A DNA stretch of 64,000 bases. Source: Octopus vulgaris (lineage: Eukaryota). A model generated the notes under the pieces. The model had not been told where the DNA came from and did no database searches. It worked only from the letters and a program-made list of their open reading frames with translations. The stretch is taken from contig OX597822.1 in NCBI GenBank assembly GCA_951406725.2, forward strand, positions 65,038,001 to 65,102,000, written 5' to 3'. The translations under genes were made by a program, and so were the position numbers. Shown in pieces: positions 26,617-41,157 of this stretch. Position 1 is the first letter of the stretch; each line of letters opens with the position of its first letter.

Positions 26617-27535
26617 AGGCGGCAAAATTGTTAGTATGCCGTTTGCCTAATTTTTCTGGCTCTTTCTGTTCTGAGATCTAATTTCCCCGAGGTCGACTTT
26701 ACCTTTCATACTTTCGGGATTGATAAGTACCAGTTGAGTACTGGTGTCGATGTAATCGACTTACTCCTTTCCCCCCCATATTACTGGCCATTTGCTTAGC
26801 GGCATTTCGTCCCTCTTTAACGTTCTGAATTTAAATTCCGCCGAGGTCGACTTTGCCTTTCATCCTTTCGGGGTCGATACATTAAGTACCAGTTGCGTAC
26901 TGGGATCGATGTAATCGAATAGTCCTCTCCCCCTCAATTTCAGGCCTTGTAGAAAGGATTATTCTTATTATTGCTAAGGCGGCGAGCTGGCAGAAACGTT
27001 AGCACACCGGGCGAAATGCGTAGCCGTATTTCGTCTGCTGTTACGTTCTGAGTTCAAATTCCACCGAAGTCGACTTTGCCTTTCATCCTTTCGGAGTTGA
27101 TAAAATGAATACCAGTTACGCACTGGGGTCTATATAATCGACTTAATCTGTTTGCCTTACCTTGTTTGTCCTCTCTGTGTTTAGCCCCTTCTGGGTAGTA
27201 AAGAAATAGGTATTTCACCCAGTCCTATATTTAAGAGATGAGGAATTATGTACATTATTTACATTTGACGGAACACAGGTCCGAAATTTTCCCAAGATAC
27301 CTGATGAAGGATGGAGGAGATATGACAAAAACAAGATGAGGACAAATATTCTTCAAATGTAAATAAGGTATTTCACCCGTTGCTCCGTTCTGAGTTGAAA
27401 TTCCGCCGAGGTCGACTTTGCCTTTCATCCTTTCTGGGTCGATAAATGAAGCACCAGTTGCGTCCTGGGGTCGATCTAATCGACTTGCTCTCTCCGCCAA
27501 ATTTTCGGGCCTTGTGCCATGAGTAGAAAAGAATA
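26617..27535 (+). mobile_element. Cluster of SINE family 2 units, interrupted by an insertion at 27221-27365
   Basis: Four cores gaggtcgactttgcctttcatcctttc; head at ~26978. Confidence 0.8.
27221..27365 (+). mobile_element. Small fold-back element with HHR 5' half and 13-bp TSD
   Basis: Inverted repeat ttatttacatttga (27255-27268) / tcaaatgtaaataa (27353-27366); CTGATGAAGG at 27301; aggtatttcaccc duplicated at 27208-27220 and 27366-27378; homologous to 44697-44922. Confidence 0.7.
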
Positions 27536-27689
27536 TCGGCAACAAGATGAACACAATCGAAAACAAGAAAAGTAACATGAACAAGATGGAAAACAACAAC
27601 AGTGATAACTGTGTGAAAAATAACAACGATGACGATGACATCAAAATCAACAACAACAACAGCAGCAGCAGCAATAGTAACACAATGAA

Positions 27690-28700
27690 CCTTAGTAGAG
27701 CTAGCTCCTTTTCTAAAGCCATTAGCAACTGGACTATTTCTTCAGTAGGTGACTTAAAAAACAAGGCACTGAAATACAAGAGCGACATTATGAAACCAGG
27801 TGTTGCGTGTCTTGGTGAGGAGGAGAAAATGACCTCTGAAAGACGAACAATTGTTTATTAATGTGTTTCCCGCAAGGAGAGGAAACTTCAATTTCCTACT
27901 CCGGCAGAAACTGGAAATGCATCGAAGATGTGTGGCCCTCAGTGCTACACATACAGAAAGGTAAACAATATAGGATGGTCGCTGCTATATGCAGCAGTGG
28001 TCAAGAAGCCAGAAGAATGGCTACTATAACTGCACGTCCCGGGCTTTTGTAATGATTCCCCATTACATGGGTAGAAGGTTGACTGAATTCGAGTCAAGAA
28101 TGTGCCGGGTCCCTGTGATCCGGCGAGAGTTTTAGCCATTCTGGAGGAGCATGGGAGATTGTGGGGGTGAAGTCCACCTCAGAGCTAAACAGGACTTGAA
28201 TTCTTATGGAATTTTAGATGCTAGTTTTTCCAGAAGAAATAATCGCTTTCTTGAGTTTTTCTGTTTCAAGGAATGCGAACAGATGTCAGATTCTATAGAA
28301 GGCAAAAAAAAAAAAAAAAAAAAGAAGTGTGCTGTTTGTGAGAATTCGAACCACCTCAAAGTCTTTTGCCACGCGATGGAGAAAGCACGAAAGTCTCCAC
28401 CGTTACTACCAACTGCCTCCTTCCTCCGACACAGGCCTCGCAAAAGCAAAGTCCTCATTGATTTCGCACCAAAAGGCTCTTGGATAGTAGGGTTCCTCGA
28501 TCATCCCTAGTGGTCCTCCTGTATCAGGTGGCCCCTCCCCACCATAATTTTCCACCTGTTGCTGTATACTATATATACTTCACTTCTTCTAATGTTTACT
28601 GTGTATATATCTTTTTTTTATCATTTCATTATATCTAAACCCCCACATTTTACATCTGTCTTTGTATTATCACCCTCATCTGACAAATAAATCATCATTA
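27690..28700 (+). mobile_element. L1/Tx1-like LINE derivative: decayed ORF1 with CCHC zinc knuckle joined directly to a 3' UTR
   Basis: Frameshifted translation includes IRVKNVPGPCDPARVLAIL and CAVCENSNHLKVFC (CX2CX4HX4C). The downstream ggggttcctcgat..cctag block matches the 3' UTR at ~29060. Ends with AATAAA. Confidence 0.65.
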
Positions 28701-28701
28701 T

Positions 28702-29336
28702 TATGTTGAACAGCTGCTGTCACGTGTGACACGGATCCGTCTGTCGGCCGAGTCTGTAGTGATGATCGCACCGCCGCCCTCCTTCAATCGGGAGACAAGG
28801 CAGTTTTCCTTTACCTGGTAGCTGTGGCGAAAGAGATTGTTTGGTGGACAAGGCTGAAAGGCAGGTCAAATACATTCTTCTTTGGTAGAGCTCTCATGGA
28901 CTTCTTCAAGTTTCACTTGAAAAGGAAACTGAGTGTGGAGAGGGAAGTGCTCTCCTCAAGTGAATTTATTGAAAGGTGGTTGAAAGTTGGGAAAATGGTA
29001 AGAGTGTAGACCTGGGGAGTCGGGAAGATGGAATCGGAGAGGGCACTTGATCGTAAAGTGGGGTTCCTCGATTATTCCTAGAGGCCTTCCCGTATCAGAA
29101 GGGCTACATCTCTATCATCTTCCTCACCACTTTTTATTATTTTTATTTTCAATTTTTAATTTTATTTTTTAATATCATTTTTACCTTTGTATGCTATGCT
29201 TATGTCCATTTTTTCAGTGTAAACCGTGTATACTTATCTTTTTTAAAATCATATCGTTATATGCAAATCCCTACACTTTATGCATGTCTTTATATCGTTC
29301 CCCTCATCCTTCATCCTGGTGGCAAATAAAAGAAAT
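28702..29336 (+). mobile_element. L1/Tx1-like LINE 3' end (ORF2 C-terminus and 3' UTR) followed by (TTC)n(TTA)n
   Basis: YVEQLLSRV..RLSAESVV..PPPSF..AKEIVWWTRLKG..FFKFHLKRKL is homologous to the ORF at 37941-38645; AATAAA at 29325. Confidence 0.85.
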
Positions 29337-29387
29337 TTTCTTCTTCTTCTTCTTCTTCTTCTTCTTCTTCTTCTTCTTCTTCTTCTT

Positions 29388-29418
<31 letters not shown>

Positions 29419-29420
29419 TC

Positions 29421-29505
<85 letters not shown>

Positions 29506-29724
29506 CTTCTTTCATTTGATGTTCATTTCTTCGCTTAGCACAATTGCTATATCGATTGATTTTATTATTATTTTGTTTTTTGATACGTTTTCATTGCAAT
29601 CAAAGTCGAATCTGCGACATTTCGCTGAACTAAGAATGACGACAAGACTTTACTAGTATTGAATACAAATGACGTGGCACAACCCCTGCGTGGATGTGCA
29701 AATGAAAATGAACCTCTATTTTCG

Positions 29725-29789
<65 letters not shown>

Positions 29790-29830
29790 GTGTATATATG
29801 TATGTATGTATACATGTATACGCATCGGCA

Positions 29831-29864
<34 letters not shown>

Positions 29865-29944
29865 ATGCAGAGACACGCACTCACACACATATATGTATAT
29901 ATATATGTATATTTATATATATAATATACATATATACATATACA

Positions 29945-30017
<73 letters not shown>

Positions 30018-30024
30018 CATATAT

Positions 30025-30093
<69 letters not shown>

Positions 30094-30959
30094 GTGTGTG
30101 TGTGTGTGTGTGTGTGTTTGTGTGAAAGAGTATGTACGTATAAACGTCATGATCGCCATTCAAACATACATACATACATACAAGCATGCACACATACACA
30201 CAAACATACATACATACATACATACATACATACATACATACATACATACATACATACATACATACATACACACACACAAATATAAAACATCCATTTATAC
30301 AGATGTATACAAGTGCTCTGTATGCTGATGTGAATATATACGTCTATCTATACGCATATATTCATGTGTTTGTGTGTCAGAATGTATTTGTGCAAACGTC
30401 GCTATTACCTCACTTACACACATACGGAAAGCGCGTGACTACAAAGAACGAATCAGAATACATTGGCAATAACCGAAGGGAATTGACTGCGGGAGAATCA
30501 CGGGGAGTGTTCAATAAAAATTAAGGAAATCAGTGGAAGTTCATGAAAAACCATGACTTGGAAAAGTTAGCATTTCAATTGTTCATTTCAATGTATCAGT
30601 ATACACCCACAATGTCAAACGAATAATTGGCGAGACAGATGTGTATATGTACATATATGTATAGACACAGTCTCTTCCCCATCTCTCTGTCTCTGTCTCT
30701 GTCTCTCTTTCTCCCAAATACACACCGACACATATACACACTCACAATCACAGACACACATGCGTACAAAGTAGCTAAACACACATATATGAATATACAT
30801 ACATAGATATATCTGTGTGTATATGTATACACTCACAAACACACACATACATATATATATGTATATTATATATATAAATGTACATATACATGTGGGTGTG
30901 AGTGTGTGTGTCTGTGCATTGTACATATATATATACGTATATATATGCATACACATACG

Positions 30960-30996
<37 letters not shown>

Positions 30997-31016
30997 ATAA
31001 ATATATATATATATAT

Positions 31017-31051
<35 letters not shown>

Positions 31052-31119
31052 TATATATATATGTATGTGTATGCATGAATGTATATATATATATGTATGT
31101 ATGTATGTCTACATGTATG

Positions 31120-31160
<41 letters not shown>

Positions 31161-31172
31161 GTGCATACATAC

Positions 31173-31203
<31 letters not shown>

Positions 31204-31349
31204 CACCAATATGTATACATGTATATATACGCATGCATGCATACATACACGCACATACAGGAAAACTCATGAAGTGAAATAAGAGAACAGAAATCAAAAA
31301 TTACTGCCAGGAAAATACCATACGCAAAAACAGTGCAACAAACAACAGC

Positions 31350-31413
<64 letters not shown>

Positions 31414-31688
31414 TCGATGACAATAACGTATCACGATATCGATCAAGAAATCTCGGATCGCTTAAAGAGCCGGTCTGATCGATAAAGTGCTCATTTGTAT
31501 GCTCTGCAATATTTAGTTGCCTAATTGTAGACCACTGTCTCACAAATACGAATAGAATGCTGCCCTAGCTGGGCTGTCAGTCATCCATAATTTGTTACAC
31601 GACGATGTGTGTGTGTGTGTGTGTGTGTTAATATGTGTATGTATGCATCTATGCATGCGCACACACGCATAAAAATGTATATATGTTT

Positions 31689-31751
<63 letters not shown>

Positions 31752-31980
31752 CATGTATATATATATACACATATATGTATATATGTATATATATATACAT
31801 GTATATATATACATATATATACATACATAAACACACATACACACACACACACATATATATATATACATACATACATAATACATACATGCATACACACACA
31901 CACATATATATGTGTATGTATGAATATATACATGTGTATGTATGTATGAATATATTCATGTATATATATATATATATATA

Positions 31981-32034
<54 letters not shown>

Positions 32035-32200
32035 CGTACGTGCGTGTGTGTGAGTCTAAATATCTATAAGTATACATATACATGCATACAGACAGAATGT
32101 TGCAGATGGATCAATAAATTATTAGATAAATAAAAAGTTTTATTATGGGTAAAAAATATACGATAAACTAGAATCACAATTGCACACACACACACCCACA

Positions 32201-32239
<39 letters not shown>

Positions 32240-32698
32240 AAACACAGACACACATGCACGCACACCCACAAACATTCAGAAGTCAAATTAGATCGATTAG
32301 TCCGCGAAGTTACTCCAGCAATTCTTTCTTATTTGTGAAAAATAAGTCTTACATATCGCACAATGGTTCTTGTCACGTGTTTCCTGCCAGTTTAAGCGAG
32401 ACTTCATTATTGGGTGTATTGTTGCCAGTAAACCGAAATTATTTCACAGTTTTCCTAATACAATGAGACGCTTTTTGTTGGCTTGGGTGTAGAGAATCAG
32501 TAAAAATCTATAGTCGTATTCAGTTGATGTGAGCAGCAATGTCAAATGTGAGTTTAGTTTTTCATTTGTATCTAATTAAAAGTAAGCAGAGGGGAACAAA
32601 CATGTCGCTTAATTTATAGGCGATAGTTTTGACTTGAATGTTTAGGAAAGAGAATAGAAGAGGAAAAAATTCTGCGTCCCTCTCTCTCTTTCTCTTTG

Positions 32699-32773
<75 letters not shown>

Positions 32774-32819
32774 ATATGTATATATATATGTGTATGTGTA
32801 TATATATATATATACACAG

Positions 32820-32879
<60 letters not shown>

Positions 32880-32908
32880 AATACATACATACATATATAT
32901 ATCTATAC

Positions 32909-32971
<63 letters not shown>

Positions 32972-33088
32972 ATATATGATAAATATATGTATGTATATAT
33001 ATATATATACATGTGTGTGCCTGTGTGTGTGTATACATATATATATCTATCTCAATCAATCAATCTATATATATACATACATACATAC

Positions 33089-33136
<48 letters not shown>

Positions 33137-33164
33137 CATATACATATATATATATATATATATT

Positions 33165-33327
33165 TCTCTCCTTGTTTTTCTCCTTGTTTCTTTCTGTGTT
33201 CCTTTATTTGGAAGAGCGTGGGCTCGAAACGTTAAAGACGTTTTGAATTCCCGACCGTTATACTAATACATCTGTTTATTTTCTCCACCACTTGTCTTCG
33301 TCTTTTGCTTTTTTCGAGAATTCTCCT

Positions 33328-33328
<1 letters not shown>
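33165..33328 (+). mobile_element. PLE terminus family B with degenerate HHR (33202-33237)
   Basis: gaagagcgtgggctcgaaacgttaaagac...tactaataca..tgttt..ccacc..gtcttcgtcttttg matches 13090-13270; between (TA)n tracts. Confidence 0.75.
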
Positions 33329-33666
<338 letters not shown>

Positions 33667-33679
33667 TTTTGAATTAATC

Positions 33680-34516
33680 TACTTCGGAAAAGAGGATACC
33701 CTGAAACTCCCATACTCCTTTCTTTCAGGTGAAACTCTCATGTCATCCAACATCAGAGACTTAGGAGTAATTGTGGACAACAACATAACCTGGGCCACTC
33801 ATATAAACAGCAAATTTGACATGGTCCTCAGAATGTGTTCCTGGATTCTCAGAATTTTCCAGTCGAGAGATATCCACACCAGTTTCCTTATCTTCTCTAC
33901 TTTTGCCCGACCCCACCTTGAATACTTTTGTCCACTGTGGTTTCTTCACACGAAAGAAAGTATCCTGAAAATTAATGCACCTCAAAGGTCAATTACAAAA
34001 AGAAATAGATAGCATGACAGGCCTTTAATATTGGATTCGTTTAGAGATGCCCAAGCCTTAATCTCTCCAATGCTGTCGTGAGGGCCACATCAACTGCATA
34101 ATGTAGAAAATATTCCATTAGCATTGCCCAAATGATGTTGGCATCGCCTTTAAGATACACCCAAGACATGGACCCCGTGCTATCCATCCATAACATTCAT
34201 CAAACTCACATCATATAACAACAATATGGCACAATTATTTCACATCAATTGGCCCCACTCTCATTAACATTATACGAAAACACATTTAAGCAGAAACAGA
34301 CCCCATAAAGTTCAAGAAGTCTTCGGACAAATTCCTTCAAAAAATCCCGGATAAACCTCCTACTCCCGGATATGTTTTCATAAACAATAACTCTCTCCTC
34401 GAGTAGACCATGTGGTCCAATTTCTGATTTGAAGGACTTTGCCAGTTGGTGGTATTAAGTTAGAAATGGCCTGGGCCAATACTGAGCGAAACCAATCAAA
34501 TTATCAAAGTAAAGTA
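33680..34516 (+). mobile_element. CR1/L2-group LINE 3' fragment (RT C-terminus), decayed
   Basis: IRDLGVIVDNNITWATHIN...WILRIFQSRD...ARPHLEYFCPLW...QRSITKR is the typical post-RT region of CR1-group ORF2; stops downstream; short aaagt repeat tail. Confidence 0.85.
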
Positions 34517-34658
34517 CACACACACACACACACACACTCATAAAGGTAAGAACTTACTGTGATCAAGGCTGCGTGGCGTTCGATTATTAATAAATAAAAC
34601 GAAAAATACACATTAAGTACGGACAAAATACCAAAAACATACACAGACACACACACAC

Positions 34659-34691
<33 letters not shown>

Positions 34692-34704
34692 TAGATAGAT
34701 AGAT

Positions 34705-34795
<91 letters not shown>

Positions 34796-34818
34796 CAGAC
34801 AGATAGATATATGTATAT

Positions 34819-34975
34819 CTATAACATAAAATCTGTTCTGTGTGTGTCTTCTAGGATCTCGGGCATCCTCTATCCGATTGCGCTCAAATTTGATATGTAG
34901 ATACCGACGGTATCAGGGCGTGTATAAGTCTTGAAAAAATTACAAAAATCGAGGCCAGATGAGAATGCGATTCAC
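34819..34975 (+). mobile_element. Possible non-autonomous Helitron/Helentron-like 5' end
   Basis: ctataacataaaatctgttctgtgtgtgt...ccgattgcgctcaaatttg resembles this class in style only. Confidence 0.35.
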
Positions 34976-35221
34976 GTGCATATTTGTGTGAATAAAATCG
35001 TTTTTCTTTGGAATAAAAAAAAAGTCTATCTTTATTTCTTCTTCTGATGGTGTCTCAAATTTAAGTTAAATCAGTATTTCTCAAAGAGGAGGCCTATGGG
35101 ACGGTCGGACAAGTTGTTTTGAGAAAATTTGGTTTAAATGTTTGACAACTTAGCACTGTCCATTGGATGGGGGGGGGGGGGCGTTTTGCTCGTGTATATA
35201 TATATCTATATATATATATAT

Positions 35222-35720
35222 GTATAAAAAATACAAACTGGGACAAGAACGCAAAACATTTTGATGGCGACACAAAAAACACGGACGGGACATTCGAAGC
35301 TTTCAATCTTCAGTCAAGAACCGGATCATCCTCGCAATTTCGGCTGATTAATCTTGAGATTGCTCCAATCCGGCCAGCCCCAGGGAAAACTAAGCTAATC
35401 GCATTAGATTCCTTGGAAGAAAGCTTCGAATGTATAAAAACAAGGACAGAAAAACGGACGATGTTACACGAATATGAATACAAAAATAATAGGTAAAAGC
35501 AATAATAATAATACGTAAAAACAATAATAATAATATTAATAACAATAACAGGACATCACGAACAGGCGTCTTTCGACTAGTACGAATTAAGCTTAACTGG
35601 CGTGTTAGGAATGTGCCTTGGGGCAGAGAAAAAAATGTTGGTGTTACCGCGACGGCTGCTAGACCGGAAAGGCCAGCAGTCGGTCAGTCAGTCACGTGTG
35701 AAGAGAAGAGAGAGGAAAAG
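35222..35720. mobile_element. Dispersed repeat family C
   Basis: Aligns with 13292-13720 and 51430-51680; begins at (TA)n. Confidence 0.7.
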
Positions 35721-36057
35721 AGGGATACATGTTTTTATAAATACATGCATATGGAAACATATGATGTGTGGGCAGAATGAGGAAAGGCAAGTTAGTAATA
35801 ATATGTTGTTATAAATGTTATATGTTGCTGCAAATCAATAGTTTAATCCTTAGAAGTAACCCAGAAGCAAATCTGTGCCTCAGATGGAAATGTCAGCAAT
35901 GAAACCAATTTCTCGAGGTCACGCATGTTACAACAGATCCTTACGGTAAATGCTGAAGGGATTCTGCAAAGGAAGTCTCTAATTAAAAGATTAAAAGTCT
36001 TGCAACAATAGAGTTATCTTCTATGCATACGGTTTCGCTTAATATTAGTATGACGCT

Positions 36058-36430
36058 GGGCGGTGAGTCGGCAGAATCGTTAGCACCCGGTGCGTAACTG
36101 GTACTTAATTTATTGACCCCGAAAGGATAAAAGGCAAAGTCGACCTCGGCGTAATTTGAACTCAGACCGTAACAACAGATGAAATACGGCTACCCATTTC
36201 GCCCGGCGTGCTGTTTCTGCCAGCTCGCCGCCCTCAAAAAATTTCGAGCCTTGGGCCTAGAGTAGAAAAGAATATTGGTAAGATGGTGAGCTGGCAAAGT
36301 TATGAGCAGGCGGGCAAAATGCTCGTGTGTTGAAATTTCGCCGAGGGTGACTTTCCATGTCATCCTTTCGGAAACGATAAAATGAGTACTAGCTGAGCTG
36401 TGGGGTCAATTTAATGCACTTAGCCCCTCC
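36058..36430. mobile_element. Rearranged SINE family 2 pieces in both orientations
   Basis: Plus-strand head at 36058, minus-strand monomer at ~36087-36232, plus-strand tail and degenerate copy after. Confidence 0.7.
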
Positions 36431-36883
36431 CTCGAGACCACTAGCCAAAGCTTGGATTTAATATTTGAGATAGAGTTAACGATCTATAAAACTTCTATAA
36501 TGGTATTGAAAAGTCAACGAATCAGGTATCACTTACTCATCAACGATTATAATAATATTTTATATAACACTGTATATAAATATAACAAATATTTGATGTA
36601 GACTTAAGCGAGAGAATTAGTTACAGTACAGTTCTGTATAAGCTAATTTTGTCAATTCTTATAGTTTGTCCTTGGGTCATAATACACATAAACTTCAGTT
36701 CAATTCAATTATAGATGAAACCAAGCTAGATTGAAGTACTATCACGTTTCTAAATACAGAAATATACACTGCATACGTGTCTATATCAGCAAAAATAAAA
36801 AGGAAAATTCTTAAATCGGATGCAGATAAATATATTCAAATAGCATTATAGTTATTGTTGATGTTTTTATAATAATAAACATG

Positions 36884-36933
<50 letters not shown>

Positions 36934-36951
36934 TATTATTATTATTATTAT

Positions 36952-36985
<34 letters not shown>

Positions 36986-37071
36986 TTTGGTAGTAGTAAT
37001 AGCAGTGAAAATGTTATTAGTTATGTATCAAAATTCGATCTCATAGGAATGCAGGCTATAATTAAATTAGT

Positions 37072-37107
<36 letters not shown>

Positions 37108-37254
37108 GCGTGTATGTGTGCTTGTGTGTGTATGGGTGTGTTCATGAGTACATATATGAAAGGGAATATGTATACATATATGTGTACAAATAAATATTAT
37201 ATATGCGTGTGTGAGTATGCATATACCTACATTAATGTATGTATGTATATATAT

Positions 37255-37344
<90 letters not shown>

Positions 37345-37431
37345 ATACATGAAAATAAATGTCTGCATATAAATATGCATGCACACGTACAAATATGGAT
37401 GTGTGCTTAGGTTCATCATATATTTTTATAT

Positions 37432-37487
<56 letters not shown>

Positions 37488-37743
37488 TGATGAGAGCGGT
37501 GCAAAATTAGGAAAGAGTGAGAATACAAGAAGGAGACAATGGTGGCAAAATACAAAGAGGAATTCTTTCTAAAACTAGGGCACTTCTATCGACATATGAT
37601 AATCGATATATCTAAGTTAATATAGGTAAAATTATAAGTTGTGTGACAAAAATATACGTTTGAAGAATGACTTTTTCAATTTACAGAATTTTTCAATGAA
37701 TGAAATACACGAGATCACAGATTCATTCACACTTGCATGCACG

Positions 37744-37813
<70 letters not shown>

Positions 37814-37851
37814 ATAGTGACAGTTTCTTATTAACTTTCAGTCTCATGATA

Positions 37852-37916
<65 letters not shown>

Positions 37917-39053
37917 GTCGCTTTCCCGCAGCTCGTCTCCATGACCGAACTGCAGTCGTGGATCAAAAAGAGGCCGAGGAAGGGCGAATGGCACCGCGAG
38001 TGTCGCGTTGCTCTCAAGCAACTCTGCCGTCCTGGGTCGACCTTGAGTGACTTCAACACAACCAAAGCATTCTATAGGGGTTTAGTGGAGGGGAGGTACG
38101 ACGACGAGCTCGGGGCGAACCTGGACGTCGACGAGGAGTACCTGACCCGCCTGTTCAGGACGACTTTCGGGCCAGGGCCCATGGACAACTTCCAGAGATC
38201 CCTGGCCTGGCAGTGCTACCGAGAAGCGCTACCCGTTCGGGATAAGCTCTACAGACACGGCTCGAGAAACACGGGGCCGACCTGCCCGAGATGCGGTCAG
38301 AGCGACGAAACCGTTCTGCACGCACTCGTGCAGTGTCTAACAATTTCCGACCTGTGGGCTTATGTCGAACAACTGCTGTCACTTGTGGGACGAGTCGGTT
38401 TATCAGCTGAGTCTATCGTCAATATTGTCATGCCTCCTTCCTTCAAACGGGAAGGAAGAGCTATTTTCATCATCCTTGTGGCTATGGCGAAAGAATGTAT
38501 CTGGTGGACGCGTCTGAAAGGATTGGAGACAAACACTTTCCACTCTGGTCAATCTCTCATCAACTTCTTCAAGTACCACTTGAAAAGGAAAGTGAGAGTA
38601 GAGAGGCAAGTTTTGTCTAGCGAATGTTTTAAAAAAGATGGGTGAATGTAGCAAGAATGGCACGTATGAATGACGAAGCCACCTTGAGCATGATCCTATG
38701 AACCCAGAAATTGAAAACAGAGAGTTGCTTATTCGCAAAAAAAGAAAAAAAAAAGAAATATAACATGTGACTCCATTGACCGAGGTTACCGTGGTCTTTT
38801 CCATAGGCTTTTCTTTCCACGGGTAAACCTCACCTGTCCTCCCCTTTACACTTCATATTGACATTTCTGTGATAACGATCCCTATTGATCAATTTTTTTC
38901 CTCTCCCCCTTTTTTTGTCCTCTTTCTCTCCTTTTACGATCCCTTTTGATCGAAACTCCCCTTCCTTTTTTTTTTTTTAAACCTTCAAAAGAAAAGCTCT
39001 ACCTTGTAATTTGTTCTATCTGTGTGCAGCCCTGTGTGGCTAATAAAGAAACA
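37917..39053 (+). mobile_element. L1/Tx1-like LINE, 5'-truncated, ORF2 C-terminus with zf-RVT motif, embedded in (TATC)n
   Basis: ORF 37941-38645: LAWQCYREALPVRDKL...CPRCGQSDETVLHALVQC...IWWTR; 3' UTR with AATAAA at 39042; (TATC)n on both sides. Confidence 0.92.
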
Positions 39054-39142
<89 letters not shown>

Positions 39143-39881
39143 CGCCTCCTTCCTTCAAACGGGAAGGAAGAGCTATTTTCATCATCCTTGTGGCTATGGC
39201 GAAAGAATGTATCTGGTGGACGCGTCTGAAAGGATTGGAGACAAACACTTTCCTCTCTGCTCAATCTCTCATCAACTTCTTCAAGTAGCACTTGAAAAGG
39301 AAAGTGAGAGTAGAGAGGCAAGTTTTATCTAGCGAATGTTTTAAAAAAAGATGGGTGAATGTAGCAAGGATGGCACGTATGAATGACGAAGCCACCTTGA
39401 GCATAATCCTATGAACCCAGAAATTGAAAACAGAGGGTTACCCACTTGCAAACAAATGTGATAACATATAACAATATTGACCAAGGTTACCGTGGTCTTT
39501 TTCGTAGGCTTTTCTTCCCACGGATAAACCTTACTTGATTTCCCCTTTACACCATATATCATAACACTGTGATACACGATCCCTATTGATCGTTTTTTTT
39601 CCTCTTCCCCTTTTTTCCCCTTTTTTCTTCTATTTTCATCTCTCTTTTCTTTTGTTCCTTTTCCTTTTCCTCTTTTTTTAAAAAAATTTTATTTTTTATT
39701 TTTTATTTTATTTTTTTTTGTTCTTTTCTTCCCTTTTACGATCCCTCTTGATCGAAAACCTACGCCACCCCTTTTTTTTGTTTCTTTTGTTTTTTTTTTG
39801 TTTTTTTCATCCCCCAAAAGAAAAGCTCTACCTTGTAACTTGTCCCATCTGTGTGCAGCCCTGTGTGGCCAATAAAGAAAC

Positions 39882-39882
<1 letters not shown>
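39143..39882 (+). mobile_element. Second, shorter copy of the same Tx1-like LINE in (TATC)n
   Basis: Near-identical to the first copy from 38432 onward in the coding part; premature stop; AATAAA at 39871; (TATC)n on both sides. Confidence 0.92.
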
Positions 39883-39948
<66 letters not shown>

Positions 39949-40439
39949 CCTATCTGTCTATCTGTCTGTCTATGTATGTATGTATATATGTTCTGTGCAC
40001 ATATGCATTTATAAGGTTTGTTCTGACAGTACTTATGCTGAAGGCACTTTCATATAAATTTCCAACAAATTATAATCAAGAAGACGTGATATGATTATTT
40101 GACTTTTTCGTCGAGTTATACGGCTTTATCCAGTGCTTTACAAGATAACAAAATGGTAGATTATTATCTACCATTATGTTTGATATATATATATATCTAT
40201 ATACCTACGTATGTATTTATATTTCTTTTCATTTTCTGTTACTTGTTTCAATCATTGGACTGCGACCGTATCGAGGCGTCGCCTTGATGTGTTTGGTAGA
40301 ACGAATTGACCCTGAAACTAATTCCTGAAGCCTGATTCTTATTCTATCGGTTTCTTTTGCCTAACCACTAAGGTACATTGACAGAAACAAACCAACACCA
40401 GTTGTCAAGACGTGGTTGGGGACAAACAAAAACACACAT

Positions 40440-40515
<76 letters not shown>

Positions 40516-40584
40516 ACACTCACAAGTATAAATATTTATACATATACATATATTTAGAAGCATATACACATATATGCACGTGTG

Positions 40585-40785
40585 TACTCTTTTACTCTTT
40601 TACTTGTTTCAGTCATTTAACTGTAAACGTGCTGGAACACTGCCTTTAGTCGGGCAAATCGACCCCAGGACTTATTCTTTGTAAGCCTAGTCCTTACTCT
40701 ATTGGTCTCTTTTGCCGAACCGCTAAGTTATGGGGACTTAAACATACCAACATCGGTTGTCAAGCGATGTTGGGGGGAACAAACA

Positions 40786-40868
<83 letters not shown>

Positions 40869-41157
40869 TTCTTCCTTTCTTTCTTGAGCGTCCAATAATA
40901 CTATATTTGTTCCACGTCCTCGCGTTGTTGTGTATTCTCTTTGTGTTTTCATGTTTGGATTAACTATATATATATATACATATACATATATACGACGAGC
41001 TTCTTTTCAGTTTTCGTCTACCAAATCGACTCACAAGACTTCGGTCGGCCCGAGGCTATAGTAGAAACTATTTGCCCAAGGTGCCACGCAGTGGGACTGA
41101 ACCCGGAACCATGTGGTTGGTAAGCAAGCTTCTTACCACACAACCACTCCTGCGCCT
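40585..41157 (-). mobile_element. SINE family 1 with a PLE family A terminus fragment (40868-40965) inside its internal microsatellite
   Basis: The SINE halves are continuous around gagcgtccaataatactatatttgttccacgtcctcgcgttgttgtgt, identical to 33484-33531. Confidence 0.85.
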
